A stretch of DNA of 64,000 nucleotides from Vicugna vicugna (lineage: Eukaryota), in assembly GCA_013265495.1 (NCBI GenBank), contig MU061579.1, positions 3,097,319-3,161,318 of the forward strand, given 5' to 3'. Shown one piece after another: positions 11,660 through 25,399 of this stretch (position 1 is the first letter of the stretch; every line of letters starts with the position of its first letter). The notes under the pieces are model-generated. The model ran no database searches. It saw only the letters and a program-made list of their open reading frames with translations, and was not told the origin of the DNA. The position numbers were made by a program, and so were the translations under genes.

Positions 11660-13880
11660 TCAAAGATTTACTAAATATATAAGTATCCCTAAATTATATA
11701 TGTTTAACCTTTATAGATGTTTGGGATTTATATAAATGGAAACACATTATAAATATTTTCTGCACCTTGATTTTTCACTTCCAAATTTGTACATGATTAT
11801 TTGTGAAGCATTAGAATATTCTTTTCCTTTGCTGTAATAGATTCCATTGGATTTTTCCCAATAGAAATTTGCATTGACTTCAGTTATTTATTATTACAAA
11901 AATTATTCAAGAAAATCTTTCTCTGTACAGGTTAAATGTTATGTAGGCTTAAGAGCTTTCTAGTTTTTCTGTTATATTAAGGATAATAATTGTTAGGATA
12001 TGTGTCAACATGTTTCCAAAGTGGTTGCAAAACACTGTACTCCCACCAATACTGTAAAAGGATTCCTGTTGATTATCACCAGTACCAACACAGAGAATTG
12101 CTTGACTTCAATTTTTTTCTAGTTTTAAGAGTCAGATTTTGAGTTTCAATTTGAATTTTCCTGATTACAACTAATGTTGAGCATTAAAAAGAAGTTGATT
12201 TCACATTAATAATGTTAACTCCTCTAGAAGCACCTGGCATAATTTGTGCTTATATTTCTTTGTTTACATATATTTAAAAATTGACTTCTAGGGCATTTTT
12301 ATATATTTGGAATATGAATAATCATTAGGTTTACAACTGCCAAATATATACTTCCAATCTGGTTTGGCCTTTCACCTTATGGTGAAGACATTTTAAGCTG
12401 AACCAATATTTTAAATTTTAATTAATTTAATACATAGAGAAAAATTTGTGGTAAATGTTTTTATGTCTTTTTAAAAATATTTAAAGATAGTCTGTAATAT
12501 TTTATTGTAAAGTGTTAAAAGGTTGCTTTACATCATAAAATCTTTAGTTGACTAGAAATTGATTTTTCCTCAAACCAGTTATTCGTTAACTAGTTATCAC
12601 TGATCTGCATCATTGGGTTTGTTATATATGAAGTTTCCATATATGCATAGACATGCTCTGGAGTCTCTATTTATGCTTAATTTTTTAACATTTTTTATTG
12701 ATTTTTAGTCATTTTACAATGTTGTGTCAAATTCCACTGTAGAGCAATTTTTCAGTTATACATGAACATATATATATTCATTGTCACATTTTTTCCACTG
12801 TGAGCTACTATAAGATCTTGTGTTTATTTCCTTGTGCTATACAGGTATAATCTTGTTTATCTATTCTACAATTTTGAAATCCCGGCTATCCCTTCCCACC
12901 CTATTTATGCCTATAAAACTAATTTTCTATTTAAAATAATTAGCATACAGTCTTAATTACTAAAATATTTTTAATAAGTCATAATGTTGCAAATGCCACT
13001 TTTCTTATCCACTGATGTATTTTTCTGTAATATTGAAAATAGCCTTTGTCTTTTCCTTTCATATTAAATGTAGAAATATGTTGTTAAAGTTCATGAAGAG
13101 CCATGCTGAGATTTTGAGTACAATTGTGCTGAAAATGTATATAAATTTTAGAACTGACATCTTTATGATTTTGAACCTCCCTATCCATGAACATGATACA
13201 TCTCTAAATTTATTTTGACTACTTTAAATGTATTTAAATGTAGATTTATAACTTTCTACTTAGAGGGATTTATGCATAGTTTATGAAATTAAATTCCAGA
13301 TATCATATTTTTATTCATTGCTAATGATATTATACTTTTAAAAAGTGTTTTTATACTGTATGTCTGATCTAAAAATACAATAGGATTTATTTCATTGACC
13401 CGATGTCCATAAACCATGATAATTCTCTCATTAGTACTAATAACATGTCTCTATAATTATTCTAGCATCTAGATATAAACATTCACACAATTTGTTATAG
13501 TTTTTTTTCTTCCTAATTCTTAAGGCTGTCTCTCCTTTCTTTTCTTCATTTATTTAGTTGTAGTAGATAGAACTTCAGTTCAATGTTCAGTAAAATCAGG
13601 GATAGTAGATTTTCTTATCTTCTGGATTTGAAAAGTAATGCTTCAAAGACTTCGCTTTAAATTTGATTTTTACTTTTTTCCAATAGATCTTCTTTATTTG
13701 AACAAAAAGTTCCCTTCCAGTTTTAATTTAGTAATGGCTTTATTAACATTGAGTTCATTATTAACATCGAATATTCAACTTTTCTGCATCTATTGAAGGT
13801 AACATTTTTATTTATTGACTTGATATGATAATTTATATTAAGTTATCTAATGATGAGCCAATGTTGCATTCCTAAGGATG
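11660..13880 (-). mobile_element. Ancient LINE-1 (L1ME-like) fragments
   Basis: TTCCAAAGTGGTTG...TACTCCCACCA, ACTGACATCTTTATGATTTTGAACCTCCCTATCCATGAACATG, TTTTCTGCATCTATTGA; approximate bounds. Confidence 0.7.
12680..12900 (-). mobile_element. Short young LINE-1 3' tip nested in older L1
   Basis: T-rich tail, TTACAATGTTGTGTCAAATTCCA, TGTGCTATACAG; TSD CTATTTATGC(T/C)TA at 12667-12679 and 12901-12913. Confidence 0.85.
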
Positions 13881-14189
13881 AAAATTGTTTTGAGAAAATG
13901 GTATACTATGAAGGAACATTAAAAATTTCTTATTTCTATATTTTATTTCAAATATGTTAATTTATACTAAAATTTAGGATTAGTATATTGTCTGGCTGAA
14001 TGAAAGCTTATATTGTCCAATAACAATGGAGAATATTTTCTAATAAAGCTTGTTTTTTTAAAAATATCTTTTACCAGGTATTAACAAAATTACCTCACTT
14101 TTTTTTAAGGCTTAGCAATAGAACATTTTTTTCCTAGATATTTTTAGCTCCTTTGTAAACTTATTTATTTCTAGAAATCATTTAGGTAA

Positions 14190-14700
14190 TTCATTTTTTA
14201 TTTTTCTTTACCCAATCTGCCGATCTCTGCCTTTCAACTGAATAATTTAGTAAGTTTACATTTATTTTGATTATGTATATATTTGAATTTAGTTCTATGA
14301 TTTTACCTTTTTTTTCAGTTTTAATTTTGTCTTATCTTTTTTCTATTGGATTACTTTTTAAAAAATGATTTAGAATTATGCACTCTTTTTTGATTCTGTT
14401 AGTGTAATTAATCTAGCGGTTGCAAGATTTTCATTACTAGAAATCTTTCTAAAAATGTTTACCTTGGTAATGCTATAAGCAAAAGCACAAAATTTCTTGA
14501 AACACTTCCTCATTGATTGCCTTCATTATTTGCTTTAAATATATGGGCTTATTCGTGTATTATATTCTTTGATTACTGAGGGGAGGTCGGAAAGGTATTT
14601 GTGAATAATATGCTTTCTCAGCGGATATATTTCAAAAGACACTATTTCTAATTTCCATTTTAAGTGTTATGTATTTATATCCTCTACACCAACATCTATA
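14190..14700 (-). mobile_element. Ancient LINE-1 fragments
   Basis: CCCAATCTGCCGATCTCTGCCTTTCAACTGAATAATTTAG...TTTACATTTA typical of antisense old L1. Confidence 0.5.
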
Positions 14701-16667
14701 TATGAAATCCTGCGATGCCATAAATTTTATTGGAAGATTATTATCATTCATTTTATTATAGTGTTTTAAATATCAAAATATACAGGACTTTTACAAACAT
14801 TTAGAATATGACAGAGAAATATTATGGCACATTGTAATATATTGATTCTTTCCCTTGTTTTCTGAGAAAATAGAGTTCCTCATTCTGTGTCCACAAGCAA
14901 AAAGATACTTTTCTCTATCTAATTTTGCTCTAGTTTCTACTGCTCAGTTGTGTTATGGACTCTAAAACAATGGGTATCTTGACATGACTATCAATTATCA
15001 CAGGCAAAAATAGTGTCAAGTACGATTATTTATCAATGGGAGCCCTCTTATCTCTGCTACTCTTGCTTTGGCTAATACAAGTAGCCACTTGAGTACCAAT
15101 TTTCTCATCCACATATAAAGTCAGTGGAATAAGCCCTATTTATAGAGTGGGTTATTTTACAGGGGGGACAAGTGACTAAGGTTTCTCAGTGTGCTTGAAT
15201 GTATAGTCTTCAGGACACTTCGTTAAATTTTTAAATAATAATATAAACAATAAAAATAATAAATGACATATACAGCAAGTCTCCAGGTGCTTTTGGGCAT
15301 GTGGTGTATACTGCAAAAATATACATATGATGAACTTGAAGAGATTTTTCAGCTTTGTAGGTTTTCCTAAACAAAATAAGAGTTCTTTGTTAAGATCACT
15401 GGATTTCTTATCAGATCCTTGATATGAGGCCAATGGAACTATCAAATAAGCCATTTTATTTTAAAGATAAATATACCTTTTTTTCAGTATTAACTGGAAT
15501 ATTCCTCCCAATTCACCCTGAATATGGATTCCTTAAACAGTTCAGTCACTTTTGTTTGGGTCTGCAGAATATAGCTTAGTTTAGTAACTAAACACTTTTG
15601 GTACTATAGAACTGTATTTTTAGAGATTTTTTTCTAACAAAATAGAATTATATTAAAATAAAGGTATCTTTTATCAGTTAATGTATATATATTCATATAC
15701 ATCTCTGAATATAGAGAAATCTATGTCATAGTAATGTAGAAAGGATGCCATCATAAAAATGGCTATCAGTTTTTGCTTGCATAGTCAAATCATTTACTTT
15801 TGGTTTTTTTCTTATAATCACTTACAGACTAAGTCTGGTTACTATGCTAAACAAAGTGTCTGTACTTGTATTCAAATTCAAAAATGGACACCACCTAACG
15901 TGTTCAAAAATGTATTGTTTTTGGAGATTATACAGATATAAAAACATTATAAAATACTAGCATGTCATTAAACAGTATGTTACTTTTATTCCTTTTTGAT
16001 ATTTCTGTATTTTTCAGTTGTATAATTGCATTATTGCTATTATTTTGTCACTCTTTTCTCTGCTTTCATTAAGAGTCACAATATATTCATACTAATGGGT
16101 TTTATTTGCTTCACTGGCTGTGTCACTCAGAGTTTTATTTAACTCATATGTTTCCATTTACTTCAAAGCCTAACCTTTATCACATCGTTTTCTTTCATAG
16201 TTAGAGATCAACATTTGTAGAGAAGGGTTATTTTGTTTTCAGTAAACGTGAAATAAATTCTGAAAAGAATGTGATTACAAGCTCCAATTCTATTTTATTA
16301 CACTTGTGAAAGTCAGGACTTCATTAAATATGTGACTTCTATTTTCATCCCAAGAGAAATGAATTAAAGAAGTAACAATGCTTATTTGTTGAGAATTTAT
16401 TATACATATATTCAGTTCACAGCAATCTTTATGCTGTAACTACTTAATTAACACAAAGGAAAATACTGTGAATTTAAATATTTAAAGAAAAAAATCCAAT
16501 TGCTTAATGTCAATAAACTTTGAAAAAATTTAGTGTATTTCTTGAGTGTATTACTTATTATAAGCCTAATACTACAGTAATCCTGTTGTTGATAGAAACC
16601 TTTTGCTCCTACTAAACACAGTAAGGAAGCCCTTTTTTTAATCATCAATTAAAATGTTGTCTGATAT

Positions 16668-17110
16668 ACTTAGCCACAAAAAAAATGGAATAATGCCACT
16701 TGCAGCAACATGGATAGACCTAAAGATTATCATATTGAGTGAAGTAAGCTGAGAAAGACAAATATCATACAATGTCACTTATATGTGGAATCTTGAAAAA
16801 GTGATACAAATTCTATTTACAAACCAAAAACAGACTCACGGACATAGAAAACAAACTATGGTTACCAAAGGGGAAAGGGCAGGGAGGGATAAATTAGGGG
16901 GTGGGGATTGATAGACACACATTACTATATATAAGATAGATAAACAACAAGGGCCTACTGTAAAGCACAGGGAATTATATTCAATTTCTTGTAATAACAT
17001 ATAATGAAAAAGAATATGAGGAAAATATATATATATATGTATAATTGAATCACTTTGCTACACATCTGAAACTAACATTGTAAATCAACTATACTTTAAT
17101 GATTTTTTAA
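16668..17110 (+). mobile_element. 5'-truncated LINE-1 3' end
   Basis: ATAATGCCACTTGCAGCAACATGGATAGACC...GCACAGGGAATTATATTCAAT...CAACTATACTTTAAT; candidate TSD TGTCT(G/A)ATAT at 16658-16667 and 17111-17120. Confidence 0.88.
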
Positions 17111-17309
17111 TGTCTAATATAATTCTTAGTACTGAAAAAAATGAGGGGAAAAATGTAATATGCCATCCAAAGTGTTTATGTCTTAGTGAGCAACAATAAT
17201 CATTCAAATCAGTGGAATATTTGTTAATTAACTACATATTCACAACCAACTATATTGATAATCTATAAAGGCTGTGAAAAATTTGATTATTGTTTTATTT
17301 ATTTTATTT

Positions 17310-17420
17310 ATTAAGTCAGTATTTATTGAGTATTTAATATGTGCCAGCTATTTTTCTGGATGCTAATGATAGTGAACAAAACAGACCAAATATTTTGCCT
17401 TCAATTCCTCTCTAGTGGAA
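17310..17420 (-). mobile_element. L2 3' fragment
   Basis: TATTTATTGAGTATTTAATATGTGCCAG...GTGAACAAAACAGAC. Confidence 0.65.
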
Positions 17421-19961
17421 AATGAGGCTCATATGAGGCCTGAATAACGTGGGAGGGGTCTGTGTAAAGTAAGCAAACTCCTTCACAACAAACTGGCAGC
17501 GCCTCAATTATTGACTTGAAGGAAAGGAAGTATTAGGAGACCCTGTGCTTTAAATTAGATATTAAGGAATTAAAATTAAAAGCAATGATTATGGTAACAT
17601 AGTATGTTATAAAAATAATGAATGTAGAATCAATTGAAGATATTAGTAAGAAGATTCTACCAGTGGAAATTTTTTAAATTACATAATTCATGATAGTAAT
17701 TGAAAGAGAAATAACAAATCATGCTTATTAGCCAACAAGTTGATGCCACTCACCGAACCGGATTCAGAGACATATGGAGCTTTGGAATAAGGATCATCAT
17801 ATGTTGGCGTTGTAAACATGAAGATGTATGATGTGTTGAGAAAAAGAATTTCAACTGCCTAGAGTTAAGATGCATCACACAGGAAGTTGAAGCTTGGAAA
17901 GACTTGATAAAGACGATTTATTAAAATATTCTAGCATGAAGTTTGGAGAAGACAATGAAAACAACTGGATGAAAAGTTAAAAGTCACAAAGCATCCATCA
18001 GTGTGGTTTTAAATTCAAGTTTTTACCTTTCTAAGAAAGAAGTCCTATATTTTCTATTAAAATATTGGTAAATGGAAGTACATTTCCGTGTGTGAACTTA
18101 AAATACACTCTTTTAGTAAATTTTGTTTCATAGACTGGGATTCCTCACTTTGCTATTTTTTTTTACAATAACCAACTTTTGTTAGTCACAAGACATTGAT
18201 AGGAGAGGTTCTCCTCAACAACCAAAAACCGTATTAGTACTTGTGCATTTTTACTTCTGGGGATAGTGTTACCAGACGTGTTCCATTTTCTTCTCTGCCC
18301 TTCTCATCAATTCTTAATAGGAATTTAATTATTCAAATACAGACATTAGGCATGTATCTGAATGAACATATTTTATAAGGAATAAAGTTTAAACTGTTAC
18401 TATCACCTTGAAAGTTATTTAAAAAACATTTGATGATGTCTATAAGTATGCTTATTTAGATATTCACTCAATAGGTTATTTTGGATCCCTTCTTTGTGGT
18501 TACGATTATCTTAGCTTTATGTTTAGTTTAACTTTTTTCATATTGAATGGAGATTCAACATGCAAAGACACATAAATCAATAGTAAATGTACATAAAAGA
18601 ATAAAAATAAATACTCCATGGTACCCACACCTATTGATTAAAGCTTATATGTAGACAAGAGCTAGCATAATAGTCAATGTAGAATGCATTTTAAAATATT
18701 AAATTTTAATTTAACTGATTTAATAGTTATATTAATAACTGTAGTCACATTAAAAAGATTATACCACTTCAACATACATGCAAGATAATAAATTTAAATT
18801 TATATAATCTATTTTTAAATGCCACTTTATTTTCAGTCATAACCATCTTCAAAATTACTCAGCAGGTTATAGACAACAATTCTAAAAATATGAAACTGTG
18901 TTACAGTTTGGGAAAATAACACATTATTTCTTCTCCTATAAATATAATCCTTTTATTCTTCCAGATGATCAACCAACAGCTGCTGATTGCATCAGCTGTC
19001 CTTTATTTTGATAAATGTTGATAAATGAAACTTTTGTTGTTGTTGTTGGAATAAGCTGTTTTTAATAACAGTGGAGCAGGGGAGAAAGTTCATGGTTTGG
19101 GTGATACGGAAGAAATTCCTATGCAGATTTTACTTTCAAGATTTATCTTACTAATACATATTTCCTTTACTCCCAGAAAAGTAGTTATATTGTACCTCAA
19201 ATGCAGAGTTGCACAACTCCTTGATACTTTCAGTGTTCTGCAATAGCAAATGCAAAAAATCCTAATCAAAATCCAGCCTGAGTTGCCTCTTGAACAGTGA
19301 AGATACAGCTTGTTTATAGGAAAATACACTCATAGCCATGTATTTCAGTTTATGGAATTCTAAAAAACTATTTTGAAATAATTTTTAAGTAAACTAAAAC
19401 TACTTTAAAGACACTAACAGTTCTTTTTAAATGCAATGACAAAGACTTTTGAAAAATTATAAAAATTAATTTTGTTTTTGTGAATCCAGACTTTCATATA
19501 TCCAATTTGTTAATGGCATCTTGATATGATCAAACATTTTAACTTCAGTAGACATAAAAATGTTCATTGGTTTAGAATAAATGTAAATAAGAGATTAAAA
19601 TAAAATAAAATAATCAATCCATAGATATTAATAACCACCTCTTTCAATTCTACATGTATCTTTTGAATCCCTTGTTTGCTGCAGGCAAACACTGTTATTT
19701 TGTTTGTTTGGTTTTTGACTGCATATATACATTATATTGCATGTAAATACATATATACAATATACTACACTTTTTTTAGTTTACATATATGTACTGATCA
19801 TTGTTTCTGAGACAGATTAGAGTTTTAGCTTTTTAAACTTACATAGTTATCAAAGGAATAAAGCCAATCATAAAATAAATCAACAGAATGAGGTAATCCA
19901 ATCATAAAAGACAATCAAATGTGCTTACACATATTCAAGAAATCAATCATCTAAGTTATAA

Positions 19962-20885
19962 ATAATAAGTAGTTCATTTTTGCTCTTATTTATTTTTTAA
20001 TTTTTTAGATTCCACATATAAGTGATATCATATGACATTCTTCTTTCTCTTTCCAGCCCACTTTACCTAGACTGATGATATCCAGGTCCATCCATGTTGC
20101 TGCAAATGGCATTATTTTATTCTTTTTTATGGCTGACTAGTGTTCCACTGTATATATGTACCACATCTTCTTTATCCAGTCATCTATTGATGGACATTTG
20201 GGTTGTTTCCATGTCTTGGCTGTTGTAAATAGTGCTGCTGTGAACATTGGAGTGCAAGAGTCTTTTTGAGTTAAGGTTCCTTCTGGATATATCCCCAGGA
20301 GTGGGACTGCTGGATCATATGGTAAGTCTATTTTCAGTTTTTTAAGGAACCTCCATACTGTCCTCCATAGTGGCTGCACCAATCTACACTCCCACCAATG
20401 GTATAGGAGGTTTCCCTTTTCTCCACACCCTTCCCATCCTCTACCTTTTGTAAGCTTTTTAATGATGGCCCTTCTGGCTGGTGTGAGGTGATATCTCACT
20501 GCAGTTTTGATCTGCATTTCTCTGATAATTAGCAATGCTGAGCATTTCTTATTTGCCTGTTGACCATTTGTATATCTTCATTAGAGAATTGCTTGTTTAG
20601 GTCTTCTGACCATTTTTGAATTGGATTGGATTGCTTGTCTTTTTGATATTAAGGTGTACAAGTCATTTGTATATTTTGGAAATTTTCCCTTGTTGGTCAT
20701 ATCATTTACAAATATTTTCTCTCATTCTGTAGGTTGTCTTTTCGTTTTGTTGATGGTATACTTAGCTGTGAAAAAACTTTTAAGTTTAATTAGATCGCAT
20801 TTGTTTATTTTTGCTTTTATTTCCATTACTCCAGGAGCTGGTTCAAAAAATGTATTGCTGTGATTTATGTGTGAGACTGTTTTGA
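19962..20885 (-). mobile_element. LINE-1 ORF2 C-terminal segment, lacking the distal 3' UTR
   Basis: ORF 20137-20535 [19 protein letters not shown]...[21 protein letters not shown]...KQPKCPSIDDWIKKMWYIYT is the L1 ORF2p C-terminal Cys-rich region. Confidence 0.95.
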
Positions 20886-21091
20886 TTTTTAAAAGCTGCC
20901 ATTATTATACATATCCTGACAAATTAAAAAAAAATTGAAAAGGTCCCTTCTCTTGGACCTCTATTGGTATGTGAAAAAATATATACATTTTAATCATTCT
21001 GACAATGGTGACAATAAAAAAGTTATTATCACTCCCCATTTTTAAAAGTTTAACTTTAAATAAAATACCTATGAGTTAAGTTAGCACTGAC

Positions 21092-21093
21092 TG

Positions 21094-21127
<34 letters not shown>
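21092..21127. repeat. (TTA)n microsatellite
   Basis: About 11 TTA units. Confidence 0.9.
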
Positions 21128-21128
<1 letters not shown>

Positions 21129-22029
21129 TCTTTGTGAGAATGAGTGAATAATTTACCAACATACAGCAAATTCTGTCAAATAAGTATTTTAAAGTCTTCT
21201 GTTTTAAATCTTAAACTTGACACTCATCTGAGCACTTTGGAAGGCTATAATGTTCTCCATAGCATTTGGTTATTTTCACTGTACTTCCAGTGCACTGAAT
21301 TGTTCTGTGAAGTACTACATGTGTTGCTGTAATTATAACCTCATAATTATTATTATTTTTATTACTGCCATGTTAGAAGATGCAGTATCTTGGTCAAATA
21401 ATATACCTTGCCATTCCATTGATGGGAATGTCCCTGAGTGAACATATCATTTTTACCAATACTTCTTGTATTCTGAAGTTCCAATAATCAACTTTATTTA
21501 TTTATTCATTTCTGTAGTCTATCTCCCCTTTTTATTTGTTTATCCAATGTTCCATTGCAAGTCCTTTCAGTAAATAATAGCATTTTAATTATAAAACTGT
21601 TTGAATTGTGTAACAATTTCCTTGTGGGTTTTTTTTCTTTTTGAGTATATGAAAAATGTTTGATTTTTTACCTCACTAATTCTGGGCCTTCTAAATCAAA
21701 GATTTTACTTAAACCAAGCTAACACTCTATCCTTTGATATTACAAAACTATCGAAGGAAATTTAAAATTTTGCTCCAAATGTAGAGTTATAAGAAATACA
21801 CAAAATTTACTTGGATAAAATTGGGATGACCAATTTGTTGAATGTGACATATATTTTCTTAATAAATTGGATTATTTCACTCAAACTTTTCAATATACTT
21901 TATAAGTATACATCATATAGCAAAGGATTTATTTATTCGCTATTTTCAGAAATTTATCATTATACATTTGGAAATATAGATTCATCTTTTCATTAAAGAA
22001 TGTTTAAAAACTCAAAGGATAGCAAAGCA

Positions 22030-22103
22030 TTTTTTTTCTTTTTTCTTTATTGAAGTATAGTCAGTTCACAGTGTTGCATCAATTTCTGGTGTACAGCTTA
22101 GTG
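22030..22103 (-). mobile_element. Very short LINE-1 3' tip
   Basis: T tail then ATTGAAGTATAGTCAGTTCACAGTGTTGCATCAATTTCTGGTGTACAGC, reverse complement of the L1 ends at ~1185-1232. Confidence 0.8.
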
Positions 22104-22599
22104 TTTCAGTCATACATATGCATAGCACTGTTTTTAAAACACATTCTCTGGCAGAAAATAAACTTGAAAATTGAGTGAATATCAATGATATTTCATTTTC
22201 TTTAGATTTCAATACAGTTGTTTTTGAATAGAACACCATGATCAAATAGACATTTAGATAACTGTAACTTGCTAAAAAGGAACCGATCATATATATATGA
22301 TACATATATGATATCTGTATCGCTGTCTCTGAGATTTTAGTTTTGTTTTGTTTCTCATCTTTAATTTAGAATTTCTTATCTCCTCTCTGTAAATATCTCA
22401 TGAAAAAATAACATGATAAAAAACTGTTACTATATAAGCACATTTAGTGTAAGTTGGGACAGTTTGGTTAGCACGTATCTGCTTTAGTAAGAAAATCACA
22501 AATCATTCATATTTCTAAGAATACAGTATGCTTCTTAACATATATATGTATATGGACATATTTAGATTACTGGCACAAAATTGTGTTGCAATAATCCAC

Positions 22600-22970
22600 T
22601 TAATTTGTTGTGAAGATTGTTTTGTAACTATTCATCATACTTTCATGCTCCTTTTAATGACTCAGGTCTGACCACTTTGCTCCAGAGACAGACAGGTAAT
22701 CCAACAAGCATTAGGGATATATAGTAAGATTCTTGCTGGGATTGTTGGAATAGAGTCATTTTTTTTCTGGGTATAAATATGAAGCCTGTATTTGTGAGAA
22801 GCTACCATCTGGAGCACAAAGGGCAGAAGACCTAAAAGCAGGAAATAAGGTAATTTTTGAGTTAATGAATCCAGCTATAATATCTTAAGCCTATAAATAT
22901 GAACCAGTAAATTTCTTTTCCTTCAATCTGTTTAAATTAACCTGCAGGTGAGATGCACTTAATTGATACT
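22600..22970 (+). mobile_element. Decayed MaLR LTR (MLT1K/L-like)
   Basis: GCTACCATCT...GAATCCAGCT...ATGAACCAGTAAATTTCTTTT...TAATTGATAC ending. Confidence 0.45.
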
Positions 22971-25399
22971 CTAAGGTTACCTACAAAAGAAAACCTGAAA
23001 ACTCGACAAGCTAAAGTTTTTAAGTGAAAGTTAGTAGCTATTAATGCATTTTCCTAAATAAAGATTATTTTCTAAATAAGTGACAAATTTAAAAATATAT
23101 ATATTTATTTGAAAAATATTCAGCCCCTTCTTAGGATAATCACTCACAAAAAAACAAAAAAACAAATAAACAAACAAAAAAACAAGTAAAAACTTGGACT
23201 CTAGAGGCTTGTCTTCTGATGAGGCAATTTAATAACTAATGTCGAGTCTTCCTTTTTCTTTTCTTTTTTTCTTCCATATGCCATAAAGTTTTTAGAAAAT
23301 AGGTCTTAGATAAATATAAAAAGACATTAAAATTATGAGCCATTTTCCCAGGAGACCCCAAGACTGGATTTTCATTTTAAATCTGTTCTTGACCTGCTAA
23401 GAGGACCCTTATAGGGAATGAGGAGATGATATGGAGGTGAACTCATTTACACCGTAGAACTTGGGAGGTGCAATTAACATGCCCTCAGCTCTGAGCTATC
23501 ATCCCCATTGGTTAGTCATCACCACAGAGCTTTCACCATCAGAAACTCCTAATTTTGGTTGAAAGCATTGCTTCTCTTGGAGTTCTGATCCAATCTTGGG
23601 TGTTAGGGCAGTTACAGGTCAAATTCCCTACTAGATATCTCCAGTTAGGTTTCTAATAAGTATCTAAAAAACTCCCAACATTTTCCCTTCACGTGCAATC
23701 TTAAACGTATCCTTTTAGGAGGAATGAAGAGAATGTGTCCAAAACTTGCTATGCTCTTGGAAGTCTGAGTTAAGGCAGCGTTAAGCAGCAAGAATTAAAG
23801 AAAAAGTTGCTTTAGGGGTGCAGAGCTACATAGACACAGGAGAAAGACAGACCTATTGAAGCTGACACATCCATCTATGTAGTTTTTTCTACTTGCCCCT
23901 TTTTCATCACATGAAATAGTATTCTAAAGACCTGGCTGAAACTTACAGTCTGTGGCTAGAACTTTAAAATATGTGGGCTAGAGTTACCTCTAAGACACAA
24001 TCTGCAGAGGTGACTAGTACATGTTAAGTGTCCATTGTCCCTAGGGTGTTACGTCATTTAAGTGTCCAGTTTAAGGCAGTAATACCCCTCCTCCAACCCA
24101 TTCAAATTAGGAAGGCTGAGATTCAAAGAAGCAGAATTGGTATACAGTTATGAAAAAAGAAAAGATATTCTGTTCAATCTATTAAACCTCCTCTCCTCTT
24201 TAAATAATATATATGAAAATAGAAGTCACAGAATTTAGTCAATTAACAGAGACAACCCAGGCAGGTTTCTCTTATAACAGCTGCATGAAAGCAGTGCTAC
24301 TAACAGACAAAGCATCCCCAATGTAAACCTAGCAGATGACCTCCCAGAGTGGGTCAGGCAGCACCTTGTGCGGCTTGCTGGCTCTCAGAATAATCTCAGG
24401 AGAAGGAATAATCTCTTTTACATTCAGTTACGAATTGAGTGTCAAGAAGAAAACTAGACAATTCGAGGACTTACATGATTGGTGATACAGAGTACTACTT
24501 GTGAAGAAATTCTTCCTTTAGCTCTTGTGAACAACAACAAAAGTAAAAGCATAAACACAGATATAAAGTACTTTAAATATGCTGAAATAACAATACTTTT
24601 GAAATGCTTAATGGCACAGAGATATTTTGAAAGTTGTTTTGGGGGAGAAAATAGCATTAATATTTTATAGTATTTTAGCAAATACTTTTAAATCCTCTAA
24701 GATTAATCAGAATGGACAACATGATTATTAGGTTAACCTGCTTAAAGGCACCTGAGAACAAGTTTTCTCTCTAGAACTTTCCAATTTTGTTTGTTTGAAT
24801 CAGTATCCCCTAGAAATTCCACCTTCAGATGACTTAGCGTGCTTTCTAATCCTAAATTTGACGTTAAAACTGCTAAAATATTATATTTATATTTGCTCAT
24901 TATTTCAAGCCCTGTCACATCACTTATGGTGTATTACTTAATGACAAACAGTGCCATAAATGAAATTGCATACTGTAAAATATCATAATAGAATAAATAA
25001 AACAGAGAACTCAGTGGGTTCATTTTATTTTCCTTGAAACATTAACCAAGCATTGCTATTATCTCCAGTGACAGAAACTGGTGATGACAAAAGGCTTGCA
25101 TTTTCCACTGCTGAGCTGAAAACACAGATTAGGAAACAGACAGAATTTTTTATAATTTTATTTTGAGGTGTATTGATAATCATTATGCTTTTTCCAGGTG
25201 TGATTAAAGCCATTTTGATATCGAGCAAGGCAAAAAAATAATTCTTTACTTTTCAAGGCAAAAGCTAAATGAAGCCTCAGAAAGTCATTTAATCTTGTCC
25301 TTTTTCTCTAACCAGGGGTAAACCTAAAAACAGCAAAGAGAGATGAATCAAGGTCCAAGATGAAAGTCAAGTCAGTCCTTTTCAGTAATCATCCGTCCA

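Noticed and set aside
17755..17858. ~105-nt open minus-strand exon candidate with G|GTGAGT donor
   Set aside because: No recognisable peptide, and it is better explained as the antisense of the putative LINE RT relic.
19195..19236. 42-nt minus-strand exon candidate (NTESIKELCNSAFE)
   Set aside because: The donor GTACAA is weak and there are no supporting partner exons.
20137..20535. 132-aa ORF as a gene
   Set aside because: It is the C-terminus of L1 ORF2p in a truncated element lacking the EN and RT domains.
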